Of a stretch of 64,000 bases of DNA, positions 16,553-25,867 are shown piece after piece (the first letter of the stretch is position 1; the number at the start of each line of letters is the position of its first letter). Made by a program: the position numbers and the translations under genes. Origin of the DNA: a virus. The stretch spans positions 1 through 64,000 of the IMG/VR virus record IMGVR_UViG_3300037760_000114. The stretch is one strand, 5' to 3'. Under the pieces are notes generated by a model. The model was not told the origin of the DNA. It did no database searches and was given only the letters and a program-made list of their open reading frames with translations.

Positions 16553-16945
16553 TCAAGCCTGCTGGGGGACCTCTACCGCGTGCGAGATCGTGGCGGTGTC
16601 CTCCTCGGCGGAGAACACGAACGGGTCGAACGCCTCGACCGCGGTCAGCGCGTCACCACCCGACACGGCCGCGTAGAGCACGCTGCCCTCGATCGTCACC
16701 GGCGAACCGGGGGACGCGCCCACGTCGGATGAGGTCAGCTCCAGCGCGAACGTGATCGTCTGCGTGCCAGCGTTGTCCGTCACGGTCAGCCGACCGTCGG
16801 ACGACGACAGCCGGTTGACGGTCCCCTCGGCGAGGTCATCGAGCGGCACCGGCTGGTTGCTGTCGTCGCGCAGCTCCACAAACCACGCGTTCACCGGACT
16901 CCCGGTGCGCAGCTCCAGATAGCCTGCCGTCTCCAGTTCAGCCAA
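16553..16945 (-). CDS. Virion structural (fibre-associated) protein
   Basis: Acidic beta-rich protein upstream of the fibre gene; LYAAVSGG motif. Confidence 0.6.
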   Translation of the reverse strand: MAELETAGYLELRTGSPVNAWFVELRDDSNQPVPLDDLAEGTVNRLSSSDGRLTVTDNAGTQTITFALELTSSDVGASPGSPVTIEGSVLYAAVSGGDALTAVEAFDPFVFSAEEDTATISHAVEVPQQA

Positions 16946-16981
16946 GACTCTGCCCTCTTTCCATGGCTAGCTCAGGGTTCT

Positions 16982-17341
16982 TCATTGCTGTGACAGGTAC
17001 AGGCCGACGATCGCGGCCACCGCCGCCAACGCCCCGAGGAACGCGAACAGCTTCGCGATCGGCGACCATGACCGTTCCTCTTGGGCGCGGCGGGCTTCGT
17101 CCGCGTCTTTGAGCGCGGCTGCGGTCGTCGCCGCGGTGGCGTCGCGGGCCACAGCCTGGTCGGCGAGGCGCTGCAAAGCTAAGGCCATGAGGTGCATCTC
17201 GTCGGCGTATCTGGCCTGCTGTTCGACGAACTTCTCCAGCGAGCCATTGATGGCCGCGAAGTGTTTGTCGTGCCCGGCTAGCCGTTCCTCGATCCCGCCC
17301 GCGGCACGGCCCCGCTCGTACTCGCCCTCGACCTGGGTCAC
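16982..17341 (-). CDS. Coiled-coil protein with C-terminal TM (lysis cassette)
   Basis: Heptad-like region then FAFLGALAAVAAIVGLYL. Confidence 0.65.
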   Translation of the reverse strand: MTQVEGEYERGRAAGGIEERLAGHDKHFAAINGSLEKFVEQQARYADEMHLMALALQRLADQAVARDATAATTAAALKDADEARRAQEERSWSPIAKLFAFLGALAAVAAIVGLYLSQQ

Positions 17342-17649
17342 GGCTGCTCACGCACGCGCCGGGCGCGGATCAGCAGCACCAGCCACCGGACCATCACCGC
17401 AGCCGTGGCGGCATACACAGCGGCCAGCACCCACCACATGGCCGGCGACCACAGCCCGAGCCCGACTAGCAGCAGCACTAGCAGCAGCGCGCCCGCCTCC
17501 AGCGCCACCACCACCGCCATCGCCAGTAGTTGCCGCCACGTGGCCCGTTCCTGCGGGCTGGCCGGTGGGCGACGCCGGAGGTGGATGGCCGCGAACGCTG
17601 CCGCGCACACCAGCACCACCGCCAACTCGACGACAACCACCCACCGCAT
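17338..17649 (-). CDS. Putative holin/3-TM membrane protein
   Basis: Three hydrophobic helices downstream of the lysin. Confidence 0.65.
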   Translation of the reverse strand: MRWVVVVELAVVLVCAAAFAAIHLRRRPPASPQERATWRQLLAMAVVVALEAGALLLVLLLVGLGLWSPAMWWVLAAVYAATAAVMVRWLVLLIRARRVREQP

Positions 17650-17822
17650 CAGGCACCCCCCCGCAGCGCTTGGTCCACCCAGGCGGCCAGCTCGGCGCGG
17701 GCCTCCCGCACCTGAGGCCACTGCTGGCGGGTTTCCCGCAGTCGCCGCTCAGCCTCCCGCTTCGCGGCCTCGGCGCACTCCCCGTTGCCTGAGATGCGCC
17801 ACCGGCGCCACCAGCGGCTCAT
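17649..17822 (-). CDS. Small lysis-cassette protein
   Basis: Short helical ORF coupled to its neighbours. Confidence 0.55.
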   Translation of the reverse strand: MSRWWRRWRISGNGECAEAAKREAERRLRETRQQWPQVREARAELAAWVDQALRGGA

Positions 17823-18091
17823 GGCGAGCCGGTCTCGCACGGCTCCGACACCCGCGAAAGCGCGCCCATCAGCCGATCGGCGTCCTTGCTGGCGACCGCG
17901 GCGAGAACGTGCATAAGCTGCCGGCCCCTCTCGTCGGCACGCTTCTGATGCAGGTCAGACGATGCGTGCCAGTCGTCGGCGCGCTGCTGATGCGCGCGGA
18001 TCGCGGACCGGTGCAGCATCACCCCCACCCACGCCAGAATGGCCACGACGCCGCCCTGCGCCAGCCACGGCACCAGGTCGGCGATGCTCAT
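17819..18091 (-). CDS. Single-TM lysis-cassette protein
   Basis: N-terminal TM then coiled coil. Confidence 0.65.
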   Translation of the reverse strand: MSIADLVPWLAQGGVVAILAWVGVMLHRSAIRAHQQRADDWHASSDLHQKRADERGRQLMHVLAAVASKDADRLMGALSRVSEPCETGSP

Positions 18092-18200
18092 GGCGCACCG
18101 CGCGGGTGGTGTGAGAACTGCCCCGGGGTCTGGGGGGCGAACTCCACCGGAATCTCCTCAGTCGGTTGCTACCGCCCGGGTTGGGGGGCGGCCGTACACA

Positions 18201-19172
18201 TCAGCTGTCGTCCGCGTCGCTGCCGGCAGCGCGCCGGGCCAGCCGCTGCCCGATCAGCGTCACGATCTCGTCGGCGGGCCGCTCACCACTGGACACCTGC
18301 CCGATCAGGTCGGCGATGTCGGCCAGCCGGGCCTCCTGCTCTTCGGCGACCTGCTCCCGATGCTGGCGAGCCTGCGCGGCGTGGTTCTCGATCGCGGCCA
18401 GCACATCCTGCCCCGTGCTCGCGGCCAGGATCGCCGCGTTCTGCTCGGCGATCCGATCCAGGTCCGCGAGGAACCCGACCCGGGCGCCGGGAACCTGCGA
18501 CCGGTCCGGGCGTACCGCGTTGAACACCTGCCGCGCCATCGTCCCGTACTGCACACCCAGCGTCGGGTTCACCCGCTGCTGGCCGCAGTTGTCCCGCAGC
18601 CACTTCTTGTCCGCGTCACTGAGCGGCATGTCGTCTCCCTCTTTGATCAGCCGCGCCACCTGGGCGCGGAAGCTGGTCATGTTGATGCCCAACGGGTCTG
18701 ACTTGCCGACCTGGTGCTCGGCGTGCGCAACCACCCGGTCAGCCGTCCAGCCCATGCGGCGGCAGATCGCGGCCACACCACGCTGGTAGCTGTCGAGCAT
18801 CGCGGCCGACCAGGGTTCGCCCCGGTTGTCGTTCTGGGCCTCCACGCCGATGCACTGCGAGTTGCCGTACCCCTTCAGGGCGCCCTTGGTGCCGACCAGG
18901 ACGTGGTTGCAGCGCCCCGACGCACCCACCGTCCACTGCCCGGAGCGGGACAGGTAGCACTGCGAAATCGGCGCCGGAGCCGAGGTGGAGCCGGTGACCC
19001 ACAGCGTGCGGGTTTCCCCGGCGTCGGTGGACTGCCGGCCGCCGGCGGTGGCGTGGCACACCACACCCCGCAGCGCCCCCCATTCGGCGGCTCCACGAGT
19101 CCTCCACCCGGGGTATTCGTGCACGGTCAACCCGGCATCCCGCAGCACCTCAGCCAGCCACAGCAAACGCAT
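18201..19172 (-). CDS. Endolysin, N-acetylmuramoyl-L-alanine amidase (Amidase_2)
   Basis: WLAEVLRDAGL..YPGWRTRG, VVCHAT, GRCNH, GNSQCIGVE, AHAEH..GKSDP. Confidence 0.92.
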   Translation of the reverse strand: MRLLWLAEVLRDAGLTVHEYPGWRTRGAAEWGALRGVVCHATAGGRQSTDAGETRTLWVTGSTSAPAPISQCYLSRSGQWTVGASGRCNHVLVGTKGALKGYGNSQCIGVEAQNDNRGEPWSAAMLDSYQRGVAAICRRMGWTADRVVAHAEHQVGKSDPLGINMTSFRAQVARLIKEGDDMPLSDADKKWLRDNCGQQRVNPTLGVQYGTMARQVFNAVRPDRSQVPGARVGFLADLDRIAEQNAAILAASTGQDVLAAIENHAAQARQHREQVAEEQEARLADIADLIGQVSSGERPADEIVTLIGQRLARRAAGSDADDS

Positions 19173-19289
19173 AGGCACCTCCACATAGGCGGGCAGGGAC
19201 CGGATGATCGGTCGGATAGGCGACAGTCGGGGTGACAATGGGCCGTGGCGGGCAGCACGTCACGGGCAGTCGCCGGTAGCCTGCGGCGG

Positions 19290-20381
19290 ATGGACTATCC
19301 CGACCCGGCCACAACGCCGTACGGCACGCACTACGAGCTGTCGACACACCTGCTCGCCAACGCTCTGGCCGAGCGTGGCCACACCGACCTGTTATGGCTG
19401 CGGCCAGCGCTGTTCGTGGCCAGCATCAACGGGCACGTGTACGGCTGGAACCAGACCAAATGCTCGATCACCAGCACTGTCGTTGAGGAGTTGACCACCC
19501 GCAAGGACTACGCCCGGCAGCTGCTTCGCCGCGCCGGTGTGGCCGTGGCTGCGGGTGGTTCGTGGCGGCCGGAGGAACGGGAACAGGCGGTGGCGCACGC
19601 CGAACGGGTCGGGTGGCCGGTGGTTGTGAAACCGGCGAGGCTCAGCAAAGGGCGGGGTGTCACCGTCGGCATCGCAGACAAGAACGACTTCCTCACGGCC
19701 TGGGATGCCGCCGCTGCGTTGACCCGGGGTCGGATCGTCATCGAGCGGCAGATGGACGGAGACGAGGCGCGGATCGTGGTGGTCGGCGGCCGGGCCATCG
19801 CGGCGTGCGGCCGACGCCGGCCCAACGTCATAGGCGACGGCCAGTCGCGCATCGCCGAGCTGGTGGCGGCGAAGGCCGCCGGGAGGCGCGGAAACCCACA
19901 CCTGACAGACAAGCCGCTGGAGCTGACCGCCGCACGGGCAGGCTATCTGTCGCAGGCTGGGTTGGGCGCCGAGTCGGTGCCCGCAGCGGGACATCGGGTG
20001 TGGCTGGAGGATCGTGCCGGCATCGCAGGTGCACCCTCGACGTGGACCTACGGCGCGGACTCGGTGGACTGGACCGACAGCGTGCACCCGTCCTACCTGC
20101 GTGAGGCGGAACGCGCCGCGCTGGCGTTCGGCGACCCGGGGGTACTCGGCGTGGACATGATCGCCCAGGACTGGCAGCAGCCCGCCGCGGTGGGCAGTCA
20201 CATCGTGGTGGAGGTCAACTGCCGGCCGGCCATCGGATGCCACCACTTCCCGTGGGAGGGTCCAGCCCGCGATGTGGCCGGAGCCATCATCGACGCCTGC
20301 CTGGATGCCGAACCGGGCGACGATGCCGGCACCGACGGAGACGACCCCGACGGGTGGATGGCCGAGCTGCCTGTTGGCTAG
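19290..20381 (+). CDS. Stand-alone ATP-grasp ligase (CphA/GshF-type ATP-grasp domain)
   Basis: K..ARQLLRRAGV, GWPVVVKP....GRGVTVGI, IVIERQ..G.EARIVVVGG, VIGDG..RIAELV, LGVDMI, VEVNCRP...HHFP. Confidence 0.85.
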   Translation: MDYPDPATTPYGTHYELSTHLLANALAERGHTDLLWLRPALFVASINGHVYGWNQTKCSITSTVVEELTTRKDYARQLLRRAGVAVAAGGSWRPEEREQAVAHAERVGWPVVVKPARLSKGRGVTVGIADKNDFLTAWDAAAALTRGRIVIERQMDGDEARIVVVGGRAIAACGRRRPNVIGDGQSRIAELVAAKAAGRRGNPHLTDKPLELTAARAGYLSQAGLGAESVPAAGHRVWLEDRAGIAGAPSTWTYGADSVDWTDSVHPSYLREAERAALAFGDPGVLGVDMIAQDWQQPAAVGSHIVVEVNCRPAIGCHHFPWEGPARDVAGAIIDACLDAEPGDDAGTDGDDPDGWMAELPVG

Positions 20382-21160
20382 AACGCGAACACGGTGATGT
20401 TGCGGTTGAAAAACGTAGTGTCCACGCTGTTGGCGTCGCGGGTGCGGTAGCGGGCCGTGAACGTGTGCAGCCCTGGGTTCAGCCCCTCCACCAGTGTCAG
20501 CGAGCTACTGCGGTTCCACGCGGCGTCGAACGCATCCGCGGACCCGCTACCTTTGGCGCCGCCGGATGACACCGCGAGGAAGTCGCCCGGGGCAACGGAT
20601 GTGGCCCCGGTGACCTGGAACGACATCACGCCGCCGTGGGTGCTCTCCGTGTCGCCGATCGCGGCACTGTTGATATGCGCGGTGGTAAGCACGATCGCTT
20701 TGCCGGTGGCTGTGATCTCGATGTCCGACAGCTCCGGCCCGCCGGTGAGCGCGACAAAGCTGGTTGACGCTGTTGACACCGAGCCTGCCTCGTCGGCGGA
20801 CAGGATGCCCTCCGCGAACACCGAGCGGGAGATGGCCTTACCCAGACTCGTGGTCATGAACGCGACCGCCTGCTCGGCCGCACCGGTTCCGGGGGTGATG
20901 ATCCGGCCGCGTATCCACGCGGTGCCCAGCCCCAGCTCCCCCTTCTTGCCACCCGGGAACCACTTTTCGATCAGGACAACCTGGCCCGGCGCGTAGGTCA
21001 GCGCCTCCACACCCGAGGCCACCGGCACGTTCTCAAACCGTTGCCCGTCGATATCGATGATGTTCTCAAACGTGTCGGGATTCCACGCCACGATGGTGCC
21101 TTGGACCACCATCAGGTCTTCACCCGGTGGTGTGACCAGATGCCGGGCTAGCCGGCTCAC
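20378..21160 (-). CDS. Minor tail protein
   Basis: QGTIVAWNPDTFEN N-terminus; C-terminal beta domain (GLNPGLHTFTARYR). Confidence 0.75.
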   Translation of the reverse strand: MSRLARHLVTPPGEDLMVVQGTIVAWNPDTFENIIDIDGQRFENVPVASGVEALTYAPGQVVLIEKWFPGGKKGELGLGTAWIRGRIITPGTGAAEQAVAFMTTSLGKAISRSVFAEGILSADEAGSVSTASTSFVALTGGPELSDIEITATGKAIVLTTAHINSAAIGDTESTHGGVMSFQVTGATSVAPGDFLAVSSGGAKGSGSADAFDAAWNRSSSLTLVEGLNPGLHTFTARYRTRDANSVDTTFFNRNITVFAF

Positions 21161-21357
21161 GGCGCCACCACCCGGCCGGCGATGAACGGCGACCCCTCGA
21201 TCCACCCGACCATCACCCGGTCACCGACCCGAAGGACCAGCGCCGTCACGGAGTCCACCACCGGACAGTTCCGCAAATTCTGTCCGTCCGGCAGCCGCAC
21301 CACGTTGGCGAACGTGTCGCGGTCCCACTCCGCGAGCGTGCCCAATGCTGGCCTCAT
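21157..21357 (-). CDS. Small tail-tip protein, paralogous to the N-terminus of the next gene
   Basis: GTLAEWDRDTFANVV resembles GTIVAWNPDTFENII. Confidence 0.6.
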   Translation of the reverse strand: MRPALGTLAEWDRDTFANVVRLPDGQNLRNCPVVDSVTALVLRVGDRVMVGWIEGSPFIAGRVVAP

Positions 21358-24170
21358 ACATTCACGACCCTGACTCGGCTGTGCCTTTGCTCGCGGGTGG
21401 CGATCGGCATCGTTGCCCGCGTCACCAGCGGTATGGTCAACCGCTCCGCCACGTGCCGCTCCCTCGTGCCGTCCTTCAGCGTCACGCGGAACGGGTCGCC
21501 CGGGGTCAGCGCGGGGTTGGGCACCGCCGTGGCCTGCACCCGGTACGGCAGCCCGGAGCGGCGTAGCAGGATCGCCTCAGCAGCGGCGGCGAGCTGAACC
21601 CCGGTCGAGTCGGCTGGCACGGTCACGAACTCCGGCACCTCACCGAACCGGCCGCCGAACCTCGTGATCGACTGCGGCCCGTCGTCGATGGCGACCGCCC
21701 GAGCCGGTGCGAGTTCATCCCCGCCCTGCGAGCGCACCACCACCGCGTTGACGACATCGCTACGGGTCACTTCCCGCTGCGCCGTGGACAACACCCCACC
21801 CCGACCGGCCTTCACTTCCCAGATCGGCGTGGACGGGTCGGGTGCCGACCTGACCTGCAACAGCCCGGCGCCGTCCCAGAAGAGAACCTTCCCGCGCCCG
21901 TTGGCCAGCGTCCTGAGCGGCTCGTACCGTGACTGCTCCACGATCAGCAGCCGGCCGATCCGCTCAGACTCCAGATCATCGTCGAACTCGATCGCCGCCG
22001 TCGGGTACACGTCCCCCACCAGCGACGCGAACACATCCCCAAACGTCGCCGAGGCCCGGAACTGGCGCGGCGACAACAGCCGGCTATCAATGATGGACTT
22101 CATGCGGTCGTAGCCCACCAGCCGGATCTCGCTGTCGGGTGCGTCCGGTTGGCCGGCAGTCTCGATCCTGTAGTAGCCCAGCGGCACCCACAGGATCGTG
22201 CTGCCGATGTCGATGCCGCGTCGGACGAAAATCTCCGTCCTGTCCGGGATCAACACGTCGCCCTTGCGGCGGGGGAACAACCTGTGCCCCTGAACCGTGA
22301 GGTCCAGGGAGCCGCGAATGTCGGCGGTGCCGTCGAGGGTCACCGACCCGGTCACGATCTGGAGCTCCACTCCGCCGGCCGGGTCTGTGCCGGTGGTGAA
22401 GTCCGCGAGCGCCCGAGCCTCGAAGGTCGGGAAGTGGCTGCCGGCAACGATCGGCGCCAACTCCTGCACCGTCGCAGGAGCAACCGGCTGCGTCAGGTCG
22501 AACAGCCGCACCCCGGACAGGGTGCCGGTCGGCGACTCCTCATCCAGCAGGTAGGGGATCAACGGCTGCCCGAACTGCGCCATCGACACGATCGCGCCGA
22601 CGTGGGTGATGCCGAGCAGGTCCAGGGTCGTGCCCGGTATCACCCCGGTCAGCCGGTAGCCCAGCGGCGGCGGGTCAATCTGCGTCACCCGCAACTCAAA
22701 CGGGGTCACCCCCGCCGCACCTTCGGCGATCTTCGCCGCTACGGCGGTGTCCTGCACCGCAAGCGTGTCGTTGGCGATCACATAGTCCAGCGACTCTTCC
22801 GCCATGGCCACGTGCTGGGCGATGCGGTCCGCCTCCGGCTGTGCGTCGCCACCGAGGCCGGTCACCTCCACCAGCACCGCGCTCGCGTGCCGTAGCCCGC
22901 CGTGCTGCGACAGCCGGTCCTCCACCCCGGACGCGTCCCGGTCCGCCGTCGACCACGACTCGGAGGCCGCCCTGGTCTTCATGTCGGCGATCAGATCCTC
23001 AGCCTGCGTCGCCACATCGGCGTGCGCGGCCGGGTTGGCGGTCGGGGCGAAGGCCAGATCCCCGCCCTCGTTGAGGCTGAGCGTCGACTCGTGGTGGTCG
23101 ACGATGACCGCCGGCCGCGCTAGGGTGATCACCGACGTGAGCGCCCGCACCTCCGGCTGTACCAGCGACATCCAGTCCCGGTTCAGGTCCACCCCGGCGC
23201 CGTTGCCCCGCGTGCCCGCCGCGAGCCCGTCCGGGTTGGCCGTCGGCACCACCAACACCCCACGCGCGGCGAGGAAGCTGGCGACGCCGGAGTCGACGAT
23301 CGCCACCACCGTGGCGTTGCCCTGCGGCGTCCACGTGTTCCCCAGCGCATCGGCGAACGGGCTCGTGCCCGCTGCGGCCGAGGTGAAGTCGGGGTCGGCT
23401 GCCACACCCTCGTCGCCGGAGATCCGCACCCGGTAGATGTGCCCGTTGGCTGCGCTGGACCCGTCGCCGAGGGCGCCAACCGCCAGCGGCGCGGTCGAGG
23501 CGAACAGCCCCGGGGTGCCGAGCGTCCCGGACGCCTGCGAGCCAAGCACCGTCCACGGTCCGTCGACCGTCGGGCCGTGGAAGAAATCCACCGTCCAGTC
23601 GCCGCTGTCGGGGTCGATGTCGAGCAGCCAACGTAGGGTGATCCGCACCCCGTCACCCACCGGCACAGTAGCCCCGCTGCCGGCGGTCGAGAAGCCGCTG
23701 CCGTTGCTGGATATCAGCATCTGCACCTCATCGGTGCTGCTGACCCGGCACGCCCACGACCGCTGATTACCGGTCGTGATGTACTTCGATGCCAGGTAGG
23801 TTAACGCGGCCGGGGTCCAGTCCGTCAGTGCCGCATCGGCCCGCACGTCCAGGCGATGCAGGGCCTGCAACGCGGGCGCGTGCGGGGTGGTGACGTAGTC
23901 GCCGGTGCCGTCCAGTGCCAGCCGGCGGAACGAGGTCAGCTCGTACAGCCACCGCAGCAAACCCTCACGCGCGGCCGGTTCGTTGCCGTGCTGCGACCCG
24001 ATCGACAGCAACGCCGCACGGGCGTCGGCGGCCGGTGGCGGATTGCCCACCCGCAGCAGCCGCACCGGCCGACCCTGCACACTGATGCCGATCTCATCCA
24101 CGGCCACCAGACCGGTACCGGCCAACGTGTCCAGCAGCGCCGACTCCTCATCCAGAGAGAAGAACGGCAT
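21354..24170 (-). CDS. Tail-tip protein: M14 Zn-carboxypeptidase with LamG-like insertion, fused to a DUF5047/Tal-like hub domain
   Basis: QHGNEPAARE, NPDG, RGNGAGVDLNRDW, VDHHE; C-terminal GSVTLDGTADIRGSLDL, VPLGYYRIE, VVNAVVV, VPNPALTPGD. Confidence 0.8.
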   Translation of the reverse strand: MPFFSLDEESALLDTLAGTGLVAVDEIGISVQGRPVRLLRVGNPPPAADARAALLSIGSQHGNEPAAREGLLRWLYELTSFRRLALDGTGDYVTTPHAPALQALHRLDVRADAALTDWTPAALTYLASKYITTGNQRSWACRVSSTDEVQMLISSNGSGFSTAGSGATVPVGDGVRITLRWLLDIDPDSGDWTVDFFHGPTVDGPWTVLGSQASGTLGTPGLFASTAPLAVGALGDGSSAANGHIYRVRISGDEGVAADPDFTSAAAGTSPFADALGNTWTPQGNATVVAIVDSGVASFLAARGVLVVPTANPDGLAAGTRGNGAGVDLNRDWMSLVQPEVRALTSVITLARPAVIVDHHESTLSLNEGGDLAFAPTANPAAHADVATQAEDLIADMKTRAASESWSTADRDASGVEDRLSQHGGLRHASAVLVEVTGLGGDAQPEADRIAQHVAMAEESLDYVIANDTLAVQDTAVAAKIAEGAAGVTPFELRVTQIDPPPLGYRLTGVIPGTTLDLLGITHVGAIVSMAQFGQPLIPYLLDEESPTGTLSGVRLFDLTQPVAPATVQELAPIVAGSHFPTFEARALADFTTGTDPAGGVELQIVTGSVTLDGTADIRGSLDLTVQGHRLFPRRKGDVLIPDRTEIFVRRGIDIGSTILWVPLGYYRIETAGQPDAPDSEIRLVGYDRMKSIIDSRLLSPRQFRASATFGDVFASLVGDVYPTAAIEFDDDLESERIGRLLIVEQSRYEPLRTLANGRGKVLFWDGAGLLQVRSAPDPSTPIWEVKAGRGGVLSTAQREVTRSDVVNAVVVRSQGGDELAPARAVAIDDGPQSITRFGGRFGEVPEFVTVPADSTGVQLAAAAEAILLRRSGLPYRVQATAVPNPALTPGDPFRVTLKDGTRERHVAERLTIPLVTRATMPIATREQRHSRVRVVNV

Positions 24171-24886
24171 TACAGGTGACCCCAGAGTGTGGCGTGCGAA
24201 CCCGACGCCCAGTTGTCATTGATGTTCGACGTTCGGATGTTGAACGTCACCGGCACCGCCGCAGCAGACGGATTCCACCTGCCGCCGGTTTTCCACACGT
24301 GGTTGTTGGCTGAGGTAGCGCCCCGGTGAATCCACCCGTTTCCGTGCCACACCAAACTGGACGTGACACCGAGGGTGATCGGCACGAAAGTGACTTCGGC
24401 GATCGAGGTCACCAGCGCCCCGACGTAGCCTGCCCGGGGCAGGCTACCGGCCAGCTCAGCCTCGGTGGTGCCCGCACTACCGTCCGATGTGGTCCACGTC
24501 ACGCCGTTGTAGCGGTAGTTGTCGCCACTGTCCCCGTTGATCCTGACCACCAGCGGACGCGGCTGCGTCCCGCCACCGTCAGCACCAGCCAACACGCTGA
24601 GGGTGTAGCGCCAGAACAGCCCTTGCACCGCCCCGGGCACCGTCAACGCGGTGCCGCCCGAGGTGGCCTGCCCCGACAGCTCCTGATGATCCAGCAGCAG
24701 CACCCGCGCCTGTAGCGTGTCCACGGCATCCTGCACATCGGCTACGTCGGAGTCGACGCGCTCGATCTCGTCGGCGATCTGCTCCGGCGTGATAGTCGAG
24801 CCTGAGTCGCCCCCGTCGCGCAGCGAATGACCCGGCTGCTCGCCGTTCGCCTCATACCAGAAGCCGTACTTCGGTTCCTGCGGCAC
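24170..24886 (-). CDS. Minor tail protein
   Basis: Position; VRINGDSGDNY and ASGSHATLWG motifs. Confidence 0.7.
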   Translation of the reverse strand: MPQEPKYGFWYEANGEQPGHSLRDGGDSGSTITPEQIADEIERVDSDVADVQDAVDTLQARVLLLDHQELSGQATSGGTALTVPGAVQGLFWRYTLSVLAGADGGGTQPRPLVVRINGDSGDNYRYNGVTWTTSDGSAGTTEAELAGSLPRAGYVGALVTSIAEVTFVPITLGVTSSLVWHGNGWIHRGATSANNHVWKTGGRWNPSAAAVPVTFNIRTSNINDNWASGSHATLWGHL

Positions 24887-25039
24887 CGAGTCACCCCACT
24901 CTCTGCTAGCATTCGTGGCCTTGGGCTACCTGCCGGCGCCCGGGAGTTGAGCACCCGGTGCGGGACCGGTGGGCATGCCCCGGCCAGGAACAGGCGGATG
25001 CCCGGCGCTGTCGCTCGCGGCGCCCCTGGTCGGGGTGAC

Positions 25040-25867
25040 TCAGATCGCCACCAAGTCGTCGGGGTCGCCAACCGTCGCCAGCAGAGACGCCCACGTCGGA
25101 TGCGCCGCCAGCAGCGCCGTCCACGACCCGTAGAGGCGTTCCACCGTCCCCCACGTCAGCGTTGATCCCACGATCTGCGGCGGCGGTGGATTGGCCACAG
25201 TGCACGGCAGGGTGAACACCCACCGCTCCCGGTCGTTGGCCCGCGCCTGTTCGGTGGTGTGGATGTGCACATACCCGCCCGGCACCTGCGGCTTATCCGC
25301 CGGCACATGGATAAACATGGTCTGGCCGGCGCCGGCTACAGCCAGCACCAGATCCAGCGCCGCCGCCTCCGCCTCGTCAGCAACCTGCACCGCGATCGAG
25401 AACCGGCGCGACCCCGCACGCTCACCAAGGGAGGTAGGCGCTGACCGGCCGGCGATCTCCACCAACGCACCCCGGTCCGGTCGCCGCAGGTCCCCACCCC
25501 GGTCGAGGATGCGGAACAGCGGCCGGTTGAGGAACGGATACCGGGGCGACTTCAGCCACACCCGGCCGGCCAGGCTGGCCGTGATGGAGGTGGTGAACTG
25601 CTGCTGCTGCACGTCGGAGGCGTCGAAGGACGTGACCCGGTAGTGCGTCGGCACATCCGGGAAAAACTCGGCGTCTTTCAGCTCCGCCTCCTGCGAAGCC
25701 ACCGGCAACGCCTCCCCGCCCCGCACCACGCCTTGAGCCCACAGCGCGTCGGTAGCCGCCGCATTCAGACTGCGCTCCACGACCGCGTAGGTCGCCGAGG
25801 CGCCGAGCGAGTCGGCTGTCAACTCCACACGCGACAGGGTGTTGTCGTACACCGCGCTGAGACTCAC
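25040..25867 (-). CDS. Distal tail (Dit-like) protein
   Basis: Immediately after tape measure; VRGG, DAEF, VWLKSP..PFLN, IAGRSAP. Confidence 0.75.
   Translation of the reverse strand: MSLSAVYDNTLSRVELTADSLGASATYAVVERSLNAAATDALWAQGVVRGGEALPVASQEAELKDAEFFPDVPTHYRVTSFDASDVQQQQFTTSITASLAGRVWLKSPRYPFLNRPLFRILDRGGDLRRPDRGALVEIAGRSAPTSLGERAGSRRFSIAVQVADEAEAAALDLVLAVAGAGQTMFIHVPADKPQVPGGYVHIHTTEQARANDRERWVFTLPCTVANPPPPQIVGSTLTWGTVERLYGSWTALLAAHPTWASLLATVGDPDDLVAI

Noticed and set aside
19245-20381. Cyanophycin synthetase or glutathione synthetase call
   Set aside because: Only the ATP-grasp domain is present; no Mur-ligase or GshA domain
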